Shown: positions 17,521 to 26,600 of the stretch, one piece after another | Layout of the letters: the number at the start of each line of letters is the position of its first letter | Numbering within the stretch: the stretch's first letter is position 1 | Assembly: GCA_036679605.1 (NCBI GenBank) | Contig: JAZDCZ010000292.1 | Location: 1 to 35,692 of the forward strand | Direction: 5' to 3' | From: Gemmatimonadota bacterium | GTDB taxonomy: Bacteria > Gemmatimonadota > Gemmatimonadetes > Gemmatimonadales > GWC2-71-9 | Length of the DNA: 35,692 bases | Made by a program: the position numbers and the translations under genes | The notes under the pieces: model-generated | Seen by the model: the letters and a program-made list of their open reading frames with translations, nothing else | What the model was told of the DNA's origin: nothing | Databases searched by the model: none

Positions 17521-19689
17521 ATGGCGACGATCACCTTTGCAGGCGTACCCCTCTTGCTGGAAGATCCCGGCTTCGAGTTCCAGGTCTGGCTCGAGCGCAC
17601 CCTCTCGCTGGAGGGCCTCACGATCTTCGGAGGCGGAGGCACGAGCGAGCTGGTGGAGGGTCGGCAGCGCCCGCGGGACGGTGAGGTCGGGCTGCCGGTC
17701 CACAACTACACCAGCTATGAGCCGCCCGAGTGGCGAATCAATACGCTCTGGTGGCCCACCGGCGCCACGCGCCATGCGATCGGACTCTTTCTTGCTAGCG
17801 GTTCTCAGCTCGACAAGATTAACGAAGAACTCGGAAGTGACACTTCGGAAGCTACCAACTCGGCCACGCTAGTCATCCAAGAGGGCTCAGAGGCCGCCAC
17901 AGAAGTCTCCACAACGATGACGCTGTTGCCGGCGTACAAGGTCACCCACCCCTTTGTTGGCAAGGACACCAGCCCCTCCGACCCGACAAGACCCGAGGAT
18001 TGCTGGCTGTTGTGCCTGGTCGACGAGCGGTATCTGTGGAAATTCAAGTCGATCGGCGACATCGCGGTCGACAAAGACAGCACCTGGACGGGCACGTTTT
18101 CGGCGATGGGATCCGGCCTGGGCGTCTCGATCAACCACGACACCGTGTCCGCTGATTACGGAAGACCTGACGAGGTCGAATTGCTTCGGAAATACGACAA
18201 CGCGGCGTTGCTGCTGGAGGCCGTCAGCGCTTCGGTCGGGCAACGATTCGTGAGGCGGACTGACGGGTCGCTGCTGTCGATGGACGCCGATGCTTCTAAA
18301 AACAGGCACGAAACTAACGCGGGTATTGCTGAACCAACTGGCGCGCAGAAATCCAAGGCAGCAGCAGGACCAGACCAACTCTTGGGTGGAGGGGAACACG
18401 ACGAGTTCCAGCCAGATTCGGTGGAAGTGATTTTCCGCAAGAGCATCGACGGCAAGGCAATGGATCCCGACGATCCGTTGTTTTTGGAAGAGGTGTCCCC
18501 AAGTACGCTTGGCTTCGATTCCGGCACCGCGGACACGGTCAAGACATTCCACACGACCGCCTTCGCCGAGGTGGATACCGGCGATGCTACTGAGGCCACC
18601 AATGCGAGCGACGTCACCGACCTCGCCACAGCGATCGCTGGATCTTACTTGGGTTGGCTAGAAAAGCATTACGACTACAGCTACTCGGGGATCAAGACGT
18701 GGAGCATGACGGGGTTTGACGATTGGGTCTGGTGGCATATCGGCTACCAGCATTCCCCGCAGCACAGTCAGCTGCAGCGGCGACTGACCGACCAGACGCG
18801 AGACCTGCCCGTGCCGATTCGCAACCAGGACTACGCGACGTTCACTCGGGTGCGCAGCCAACCTTTCGATTTCGGCGTCACCAGTCAATTGCAGCAGATC
18901 GGTGATCGGCCTCCCAAACCTTCGGGCGGGAAGGTCACTATCGAGTATGGCCGCGTGGTCGAGCGAGTAGTGCGACCGGCAATGATTGATGATCCAAATT
19001 TTGTTCAACCTGCTCCACCTGATCCACCTGTAACTCCCACGCAGATTCCTAATCCTGATGTGTGGATGGATGGATTACCTGAGAAAGTTATCAAGGCGGA
19101 GGATGCCCCGGCAGTATCGACAACCAGCCCACCGCCCGGCCCTGCTTGGATGTTTGACACCCCTCCCGGCATTGCTCAGGTGGGCTTCCCAGTGATCTTT
19201 GGCGAAGTGTCAGTCGTTGTTTACGAAAAAGTACCCTTGCCAACTCTAGAGGAATTTTTGGGGCATCCGCCAGACCCGGCAAACACTCCTACTGATGTGT
19301 TTCCCAGTTGGTGGCCTCCACCTTGGCCCGATCGACACTGGGAAAAGATAGAAACCATGAAAGAGGGCGACGTAATCCCAGCAAACCCGGAAGGCATTGC
19401 AACAGGCACTATTCCTGCCAGTGACCCACGAATAGGAAAGCCCCATCCGCACTTGATTAACAATCCTAATTGGACTGGCCCGCCCGACCCTGACGCTAAC
19501 GGTGAATTCCAGTTCATAGAAAACGAAGCCAGATTCATCAAAGAATACTGGACCAATCCCAACCTCGTTTGTCTGATGACGAATATGTGGGTGACTGGCA
19601 TTAACAAGGAAATCATAACTGCTTCACCCACCACTTTCAGGTCGTCCGAAATAAGGGGCAATCTGGGACCGCATCCGCTTCCACCATAG
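17521..19689 (+). CDS. Putative baseplate hub/tail-tip protein with a Pro-rich, lower-GC C-terminal third (about 722 aa)
   Basis: Long ORF in the tail operon. LLCLVDERYLW and ALLLEAVSASVGQRFVRRTDG resemble hub-like segments. Base composition changes near 18980. Confidence 0.5.
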   Translation: MATITFAGVPLLLEDPGFEFQVWLERTLSLEGLTIFGGGGTSELVEGRQRPRDGEVGLPVHNYTSYEPPEWRINTLWWPTGATRHAIGLFLASGSQLDKINEELGSDTSEATNSATLVIQEGSEAATEVSTTMTLLPAYKVTHPFVGKDTSPSDPTRPEDCWLLCLVDERYLWKFKSIGDIAVDKDSTWTGTFSAMGSGLGVSINHDTVSADYGRPDEVELLRKYDNAALLLEAVSASVGQRFVRRTDGSLLSMDADASKNRHETNAGIAEPTGAQKSKAAAGPDQLLGGGEHDEFQPDSVEVIFRKSIDGKAMDPDDPLFLEEVSPSTLGFDSGTADTVKTFHTTAFAEVDTGDATEATNASDVTDLATAIAGSYLGWLEKHYDYSYSGIKTWSMTGFDDWVWWHIGYQHSPQHSQLQRRLTDQTRDLPVPIRNQDYATFTRVRSQPFDFGVTSQLQQIGDRPPKPSGGKVTIEYGRVVERVVRPAMIDDPNFVQPAPPDPPVTPTQIPNPDVWMDGLPEKVIKAEDAPAVSTTSPPPGPAWMFDTPPGIAQVGFPVIFGEVSVVVYEKVPLPTLEEFLGHPPDPANTPTDVFPSWWPPPWPDRHWEKIETMKEGDVIPANPEGIATGTIPASDPRIGKPHPHLINNPNWTGPPDPDANGEFQFIENEARFIKEYWTNPNLVCLMTNMWVTGINKEIITASPTTFRSSEIRGNLGPHPLPP

Positions 19690-19698
19690 ACGAGAACA

Positions 19699-22600
19699 AT
19701 GGCACACGAACACGTAAAGCCAGTTCACGTAGCTGCCCAGGACAATCCCGCTGACTTTAATACGCGGGTTTGGGATTCGCTGTCTCCGTATACGGGAGAT
19801 GTGGGAGGTTTGTGGTGTCCCTGCCACGTTTCCTATATGGATCCTTTTGGTTTGCCTAGTTCTAACCAAAACAATAATGGGGAATCTGACCAGTGGGCTT
19901 CGGGAGGGCCAGAGGACCCTGGGAATTACTTCTTTGGATGTTTTACTGTAACTCAAGGAATTATCAGCGGTGATATCGTTGCCGATCTGCCAGGATTAGA
20001 AAACCCAAATTGGGTTGATGATGGATCACAGACCGACCCAGACGTATCAGGACAACCAAGGTTTTTACCTGGGACAGCTAATGGAGGAACGGCAGAGGCA
20101 GGCATCCTGCAAGTAAAGGACAGTTGCGTTCGCAAGGACAAATCTTTTTCTAGAGGAACTCTGGCTAGATTCTACCCTCCAGGTATGAAAACATGGGAAA
20201 CTTTTGTAGCCCCCAACCCATTATGGAACGACGACTTTAACATTCCTCCTGCTGATCCTGACACTTTTGGTAATTCAAGATTTATTAGTCCTTTGGGGCT
20301 TGATGAATGGCTTGGGTCAGCAGGGAAACCGTTTTTGTGCCGACAACGAGGAACCAAACTTTGGATGATGACATTCGCAGGTAGTTTGTCTTTCGCTGAT
20401 AAGTATGAAGGGGTGGAGTCAGAGAGGGATGACCACAGTCAAGGCTACGACTTACTGCATTTTGGAGAGAGAGTGCTGGTCGGGGATATTTATGAAACCG
20501 AGGATGCTCCAGAACTGCTAACGGAAACCAGCTACTTGGATTATAGATTTATCGAGAATCATCCAAATGGTTTTGACTATGTAGTGTATCAAGGCAAACA
20601 ATTTGAAGCATTGTATGAGCACGTTTCACTTAGAACTATTTCTGAATCGTGTTGGACCCACACCTCCGAGGTAGTCATTGAAGCCTTTCCTAATGTTATC
20701 GGTGATTTGTACGGGGTAGGAAATGATTCTTTGTTTTATATCCATCACCAAAACTACGGAACGCAAAAGATACCAAAAACACCTGAAGGATCAAGTCCGC
20801 CGTATGGAAGTGTTTGGAACGAAATTTACATTGACGCTGTGGAAGTTGTGCCTTACCAAAGCAATAGACAGGGCATGATAACAATAGGAAACGACCCTGC
20901 GATTTCCCGCTCAGAACCTCACATGAAAGAGGGCAGAATAAACATCGGAGGGATGCTCTACCCCACTGAATATCCAGATGGCTTTCCTGGACCAAACGGA
21001 GCAGGTGTTGGGTTTGTTCCCAATGATCTTCTTAACCACTACCCCATCAAACCCGCACTGAGGGACACTCCCTGGATGGTGGGAGCTACACACAATAAGA
21101 AATCACTTTGTTGTGGCAAGTTCATCTGGTTTGAAGATGACCCAACGGCAACGGCAGGCTCAGAGGTGTTTTCTTCGCAGGACTTTCGCATTGACCCCAG
21201 ATCTGAGGAAGGTTTTGCAGTCATAGAAATTGATGATGGTCCGGCGTATCCTGGTACTTACGTTCCGCCCACTCAGCCCACTACAGTTCCTAGAACTAAT
21301 CTTTTAGAAGGCACGATGGCGTTTGAGACGCACATTCTAATCCCTGCAAACAATTTTACGACCATCTTCGAGAGGGCGTTTGGTGAGTGGGCTGTTTCTT
21401 ATACGATGGAATGCCGGGGCTACGACCGTCGCATTGCCAACGAATGTGACGGAGCGATTGATTGCGTTTTGTGGACTAAAGGAATGCTACTGAAGAATGA
21501 CGTGTTTCATTCAGAAGTCCAGTTTGAGAGCTTGCCTATTGATATACTGACTACAGTGAGGGGACCAACAGGTGATTTTTCTACCCTCGCTAGAACAAAA
21601 GAAAGAGAATCATACTTTGATGATTACCATGTTACTGTGCGTAATCCTATTGTCGATTTTTCTCAGCTTACTGGGATACCTATATTCACTTCAACTAATG
21701 TCACACTGGAGTATGAGTATGAAGGTCGGGGGTATGGTCCAGTAATGAAGCAACCCACGGAGGCCGGTATTTGGATTCGCAAATGGAGAGTAGACGCAGA
21801 GGAACGCAAGGCAAGCAGAACCCCGCAAGAATATCATCCCTATGATGAAAGCCTACCGGCCGATGACCCAATAAACTTAGACGCTGATTGGATTATAGAA
21901 AGACATAATGTACTAGATGACAGGGAAACAATTCCTGATCCCCGATTTACTGGAAGTGGTACACCCCCGCAAGTTCCCAACCCTGATTTTGGTTGGGTTC
22001 CCGTTGCCTGTTGCTTGACTCCTTATGGTGATTTCTGCTATGTGATGCTTCAGCCTTGGCCTGAAGGTACATACCCATTTTCTTACTCAGAACCAGAAGT
22101 GCTCCCCAATACCTCAATACTTACAGGCGATAGACCCCCAAGAACTCCAAGAAAAGACAGATACTTTAGAATAGTCCGTCCTGGTTACTGGGATATAAAG
22201 ACTAGGTTGGCAATGCCCCAGAGAACGAATCCTACAATAAATGGTGTGCTGGACGATGATGATCCTGCCAATTGGGTCAACCCCACTACTCCGGGACCGG
22301 GTGACCATGTAGACACGGTGAATGGGTACTTTGTACCAGGAGGAGGCGGGGCTGCTCATGGTGGACTATTTGGAATTGGAAGGCCCGAGCAAGACTTCGA
22401 TCAGAACCTCCACAGATCAAAGTTTCCAGTAGGCATGAAGTGTAATGGACATACGTTATCTATCACCAACATGCCGGCGAGAATGGCTGGTGGTAGAAGA
22501 CTCACAAAAGTGGAACAAGAGGCGTTTGATAAGTACCCACTCGTGTCAGACCTCAAAGACTTAGAGCCAATAGTATTTGCTTCTACTGATCCTGCGGTAG

Positions 22601-23079
22601 ATAAATACACTCCCCTACCATTAGATGTATCTGAACAGAACAGGCTGTTGGAGTGGGATGAGACTGAGTATGAAAATACTGTTGCCAATGAATGGAACAT
22701 TGACCTAGCTACTGGGAAGATAAGGGTTCCTTGGAGGTCAATTCAAGTTTTTTCTGCCTCCCTTGTTCCTGGTAAGGATGATAAGTCTCCCCATGAGACA
22801 GTCACAGTGGAAGAATTAAATGATAGTGGAGCAGTCAATGATTTTTTAACGCTCGTATGTACTTTTGATGTTTCTCTAGTCAACAAAATGTACCATGCCT
22901 CAGTCATACCAACAGAACAGGTCGATACTAACAACCCCCTTTTCACTTTTGCAAGAAGACATTTTGTCAACTTTGGTTCAACAGGCAGACCAGTTCACGA
23001 AGCACATATGAACGCTGCGTCAGGGTGGGATACAGTTCAGTTTGTCGAAGGCTATACCCCACCGCCCGTAGATCATTAA
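19699..23079 (+). CDS. Large AT-rich hypothetical protein, candidate receptor-binding/tail-tip component (1126 aa)
   Basis: Last gene of the virion operon; uninterrupted 3.4-kb ORF with A/T-ending codons; rich in P, D, G, W and C. No family recognised. Confidence 0.6.
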   Translation: MAHEHVKPVHVAAQDNPADFNTRVWDSLSPYTGDVGGLWCPCHVSYMDPFGLPSSNQNNNGESDQWASGGPEDPGNYFFGCFTVTQGIISGDIVADLPGLENPNWVDDGSQTDPDVSGQPRFLPGTANGGTAEAGILQVKDSCVRKDKSFSRGTLARFYPPGMKTWETFVAPNPLWNDDFNIPPADPDTFGNSRFISPLGLDEWLGSAGKPFLCRQRGTKLWMMTFAGSLSFADKYEGVESERDDHSQGYDLLHFGERVLVGDIYETEDAPELLTETSYLDYRFIENHPNGFDYVVYQGKQFEALYEHVSLRTISESCWTHTSEVVIEAFPNVIGDLYGVGNDSLFYIHHQNYGTQKIPKTPEGSSPPYGSVWNEIYIDAVEVVPYQSNRQGMITIGNDPAISRSEPHMKEGRINIGGMLYPTEYPDGFPGPNGAGVGFVPNDLLNHYPIKPALRDTPWMVGATHNKKSLCCGKFIWFEDDPTATAGSEVFSSQDFRIDPRSEEGFAVIEIDDGPAYPGTYVPPTQPTTVPRTNLLEGTMAFETHILIPANNFTTIFERAFGEWAVSYTMECRGYDRRIANECDGAIDCVLWTKGMLLKNDVFHSEVQFESLPIDILTTVRGPTGDFSTLARTKERESYFDDYHVTVRNPIVDFSQLTGIPIFTSTNVTLEYEYEGRGYGPVMKQPTEAGIWIRKWRVDAEERKASRTPQEYHPYDESLPADDPINLDADWIIERHNVLDDRETIPDPRFTGSGTPPQVPNPDFGWVPVACCLTPYGDFCYVMLQPWPEGTYPFSYSEPEVLPNTSILTGDRPPRTPRKDRYFRIVRPGYWDIKTRLAMPQRTNPTINGVLDDDDPANWVNPTTPGPGDHVDTVNGYFVPGGGGAAHGGLFGIGRPEQDFDQNLHRSKFPVGMKCNGHTLSITNMPARMAGGRRLTKVEQEAFDKYPLVSDLKDLEPIVFASTDPAVDKYTPLPLDVSEQNRLLEWDETEYENTVANEWNIDLATGKIRVPWRSIQVFSASLVPGKDDKSPHETVTVEELNDSGAVNDFLTLVCTFDVSLVNKMYHASVIPTEQVDTNNPLFTFARRHFVNFGSTGRPVHEAHMNAASGWDTVQFVEGYTPPPVDH

Positions 23080-23186
23080 AGGAACGGGGCTATTCCATCG
23101 CGGCGAGCACTCCGCCTAGAACTCGACGGGCGACTGGGTGGGGCAAGTGGGGATGCCCAACTCTACGTCGATCCTCGATATCTCGA

Positions 23187-23426
23187 TCAAGAATTTCGGG
23201 CATCAAATCTAGCGGACGGCGTGACTGATCGTAAGCGTGCGACCGCAACGCGAATCGCTTTGCGCCACCGCGGCGAGCACTCCGCCCACCAGAGCAGACG
23301 CCGATGGTGGCAGCGGCAGTCCGCGAACTCTTCGCACTCCACGCAGACGACAGCGAGGTCGGACCAGGGGCAGCGGTGCCGCAGGTAGCCAGCGTGGTGG
23401 GCGTGGGGGCAGCGCGGTCTGGGCAT
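23187..23426 (-). CDS. Possible small Cys/His-rich protein (79 aa)
   Basis: Most protein-like of the overlapping short frames here (CPHAHH...CVECEEFADCRCHH); frame uncertain. Confidence 0.3.
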   Translation of the reverse strand: MPRPRCPHAHHAGYLRHRCPWSDLAVVCVECEEFADCRCHHRRLLWWAECSPRWRKAIRVAVARLRSVTPSARFDARNS

Positions 23427-23464
23427 CCGGTCACTCGGCCGAAGGGGCTGCTGGCGCTACCCCC

Positions 23465-23632
23465 CTACAGCTCGAAAGGAGCATGGGGGAACATCCCATC
23501 CTTCATGGCCTGCTGGATCGCCGGCTCGATCTTTTTGCGGAATTCCAGGGCCTCGGGCGTGGTGATTGTCGGCTCGACGCCGAGCGTCACCTCGTTCTGG
23601 ATCTTAATCACTTCTTCGCTGGTGAGCGCCAT
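23465..23632 (-). CDS. Small protein (55 aa) directly downstream of the zeta-toxin domain; candidate antitoxin/immunity protein
   Basis: ATG lies 2 nt after the stop of the 1267-aa ORF; sequence MALTSEEVIKIQNEV...PFEL. Confidence 0.6.
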   Translation of the reverse strand: MALTSEEVIKIQNEVTLGVEPTITTPEALEFRKKIEPAIQQAMKDGMFPHAPFEL

Positions 23633-23634
23633 GG

Positions 23635-26600
23635 TCACACCTGCCCTTTCTGCAAAAAACCCTCCCACAACTGCTGGTCGTGGACCTCCAGCTGGGAGCC
23701 CTGGGCACTAGCTATCAGTTTACCAGGTTTCGAGGATGTGTCGAATAGCCGGAACTCGTCAAAGAGGCCTTCTGAGATCGCCTGCGGAATGATCTGGGAC
23801 ACTCCGGCGTGGATGGTTCGGATGACGTCGGCATCGACAAAGCGGCCCGTCTTAGCCGCCCTGGCGTTGGCCCTCTCGATCGCCACTTCCGTGGGCACGG
23901 TCGCGTAATTGGCGACGATCCGATGACCGCTCTCCCGCCACTTTCGAATCTTGCCTCGCAACTTCTCGATCGAGCTGTCGCCGGTCGTGTCGAGGACCAA
24001 GTCAAAACTGCTTTCAAGCCCGCGGCGAATGAGCTGCTTGCTGACGTCGGACGACTCTTCATGCACGAACGGCGCGGCCAGCAAATCTCGACCCTGGACC
24101 ATGGCACCGTACTCGGGTATCTCGCTCTTGATCTCGTCGGGGTCGACATGAACCGCGTTGTCCGGAAGCACCACCGCGCCTTCGCGAACCATGGTCGATT
24201 TTCCGCTGGCGCTTCCTCCGCCCAACATCCAGACGGTCGGCTCGTCACTCTTGGTGACGCCTTGCAAACGCTTAGCAATGATCGCCGAGTGCAGCCGTTG
24301 TCGCTCTGGCGTGTAGTGGTCTCCCACCTTGTACTGGCTCTGCGTGTCGCGACCAGCGGGATTGGCCGGCGGGTAGTGACGGTGGATTTCGCTAAGATCA
24401 GTCGACTGACTCTGCTGGCTGGTAGGATCCTGCGCATCCTTGCCGGGCGTGTTAGATCCGTTGCCAGAGCCGAATTTCCCATCGGCGTCTCGCGGGTGAA
24501 GCTCTTCACGCCAGGCGGCGTAGTCGATCTGTCCGCTCTCGTCCAAGTCGTAGCAGCCGCCCTCGAAACAAGGGGCGTCGATGTCCCGGTTGGCACCGTA
24601 ACGGTTTTCCTTGTCCCCCGAGGCGGGCGTGAAGACGTCGCCATTCTCGCTCCAGCTACCGCCGCGGGCTGGCGGCTGCGGAGGAGCAGTCCAGGCGTGA
24701 GGCTTGCCCGGCTCGACCTGCGTGGCCGTGGACGAGGCCGCCCGAGACTTTTCCAAGTTGCTCGTGGCGAAGCGACCGGCGTCGTCTCGTGCCTGCTGAT
24801 ACCCGTACCGCAGCAAGGTGTGCTGGATGCGAGCAAACATTTCTTTTTGCCGTTCGCCATAGTCCCTGGGCCCTGCCCCTTCGTCGATGCCCGCCTTGAA
24901 CGACTTGGGAAAACTCGCAGCGGTGGCCAGCAACTGATCGATCGGCAGGTCGACCTCCACCACGGAAAACATCGAATCGGGGTCGACTTCTCGCTGGGCT
25001 CGCCAGCGGTGGTGTCCGTCGAGAATGAAACCATCGTTCGAGGCCAGCATGGCAGAGCCGGGCCGCACGCCGTCGCGGCGCATTCCTTCAGCCATGGCAT
25101 CGACTTTTTCCTGGGAGAAGTCTTTTTGAGTCCCCTTCAAGTCGCCGACGCGGACCTCTTTCGTGCGATAGTCGATCCCCTTGCTACTGAGGAAATCGAA
25201 AAACTCTTTCTTGTCGGGGCCGGCGATTTGCGGCATGTCCTGGCGGGGGATGCCAAGCGTCTTGGGCCGACGCGGATCGTCCGGCTCTTCGACTACTTTT
25301 CCTTCCCACACTTTTCCCCCGGTCGACCAGGTGGTATAGCCGTGCTCTTGCAGCCATTGTGTCTGGGCAGGCGTGGCACCGTTTGGCAACTTGATTTGTG
25401 GTTGGTGGCTCGGATTACTGCCTGGCGTAGGAAAAGCACCGCCGACCACGGGATGCTGTGCCTTGTGGTGTCGGATGGAAAACTCGGAGTCTGTCCAAGA
25501 TTCCGGCGGACGAAACTGTCGCTCCAGTTGTTGCTCAATTGACGGCGATTCCGGCTCGGACGTAACAGGCTCGGGACCGTAACCGGCAGGCGTGACGTCG
25601 GTCGTCTTGAAACCGAACCCCGACATTCTCTCGTTGTATTCGTCGAGACTCTTTCGCAGGTGTGGCGGCAATCCTTGGCCGGCCTTCGCTGGTGGGACAT
25701 CGCTCGGCGTTGTCCCACCGCCCGAGCCAAATTTGCCATCGTCGGCGCGCTGGTGCTTCGATTCGTCAAAAGGGCGACGGTATCGGAGAGCCTCCAGACC
25801 GTGACGCAGCTGCATCGAGAACCGCAGCCGAGTCAGGGACTCCCGGAGTCCAAAGCGGGCCCGCTCTGGGTCAGGCCGGTCGCCTTCTGATGGTCCTGGA
25901 TTTCCTTGTAATGGCGCAGCATCTTCGTCTTCTGCGCCTCCGTTAGTTTGGGATAGAAGCGATCGGATGCGTCGCGTGGCGTCTCGGATGATTTCTTTTT
26001 CTCGCTTGGGCTCGTTGGCGAGCTGTCTGGTTTCTTCGTTGATGGCATCGCTGATTTCTCCTTTGTGCGTGGATTCAATGCGGAACAGCCCATGCAGCTG
26101 CTGGGCCGTCTGGGCTCGCTGGCGATTGGCTTCTGGATCGAGTACGTTGCCGGCCTGCTCCAAGGCTGCGGCCCGGCCGCGACGCCCTACCTCGGTAAAC
26201 GTGCGGGCTTCGCCGCCGAGGTCGCGCATGATCGCGGCGGTGATCGTGGCCCGTTCGACATCGAGGCTCCGCTCAACCTCTTCTGTACCGAACATATCGG
26301 TCTGAGTTTCGACGACGCTCTCGGTGAGCCCCTTCACCCGGGCCATTTCTTCGACGACGTCCTGGCGTAGTTTCTTGCCACTCTGCTCGGCGTTGTGGAT
26401 CTGGCGGAATAGCTGGTCCTGCTTGTCGTGCTCCTTCACGTTCCGGGCGATCGACAGAGCGAATTTCTCGTCGAGCTGGTCGTTTACCAAAGCAGCGAAG
26501 GCGCTGTCGGAGAGCTTGGCCAGCACGACGCCCTCGTCGGCCATCCGCCCCTTCATGGAAATCCCTTCCTCCCGGACCTTCTCGACCGACATATCCATTT

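Noticed and set aside
23809..25542. 577-aa + strand ORF, plus the 461-aa alternative-frame ORF at 23715..25100
   Set aside because: Shadow frames of the GC-rich polyprotein gene, which carries the recognisable motifs. These have no motifs or RBS.
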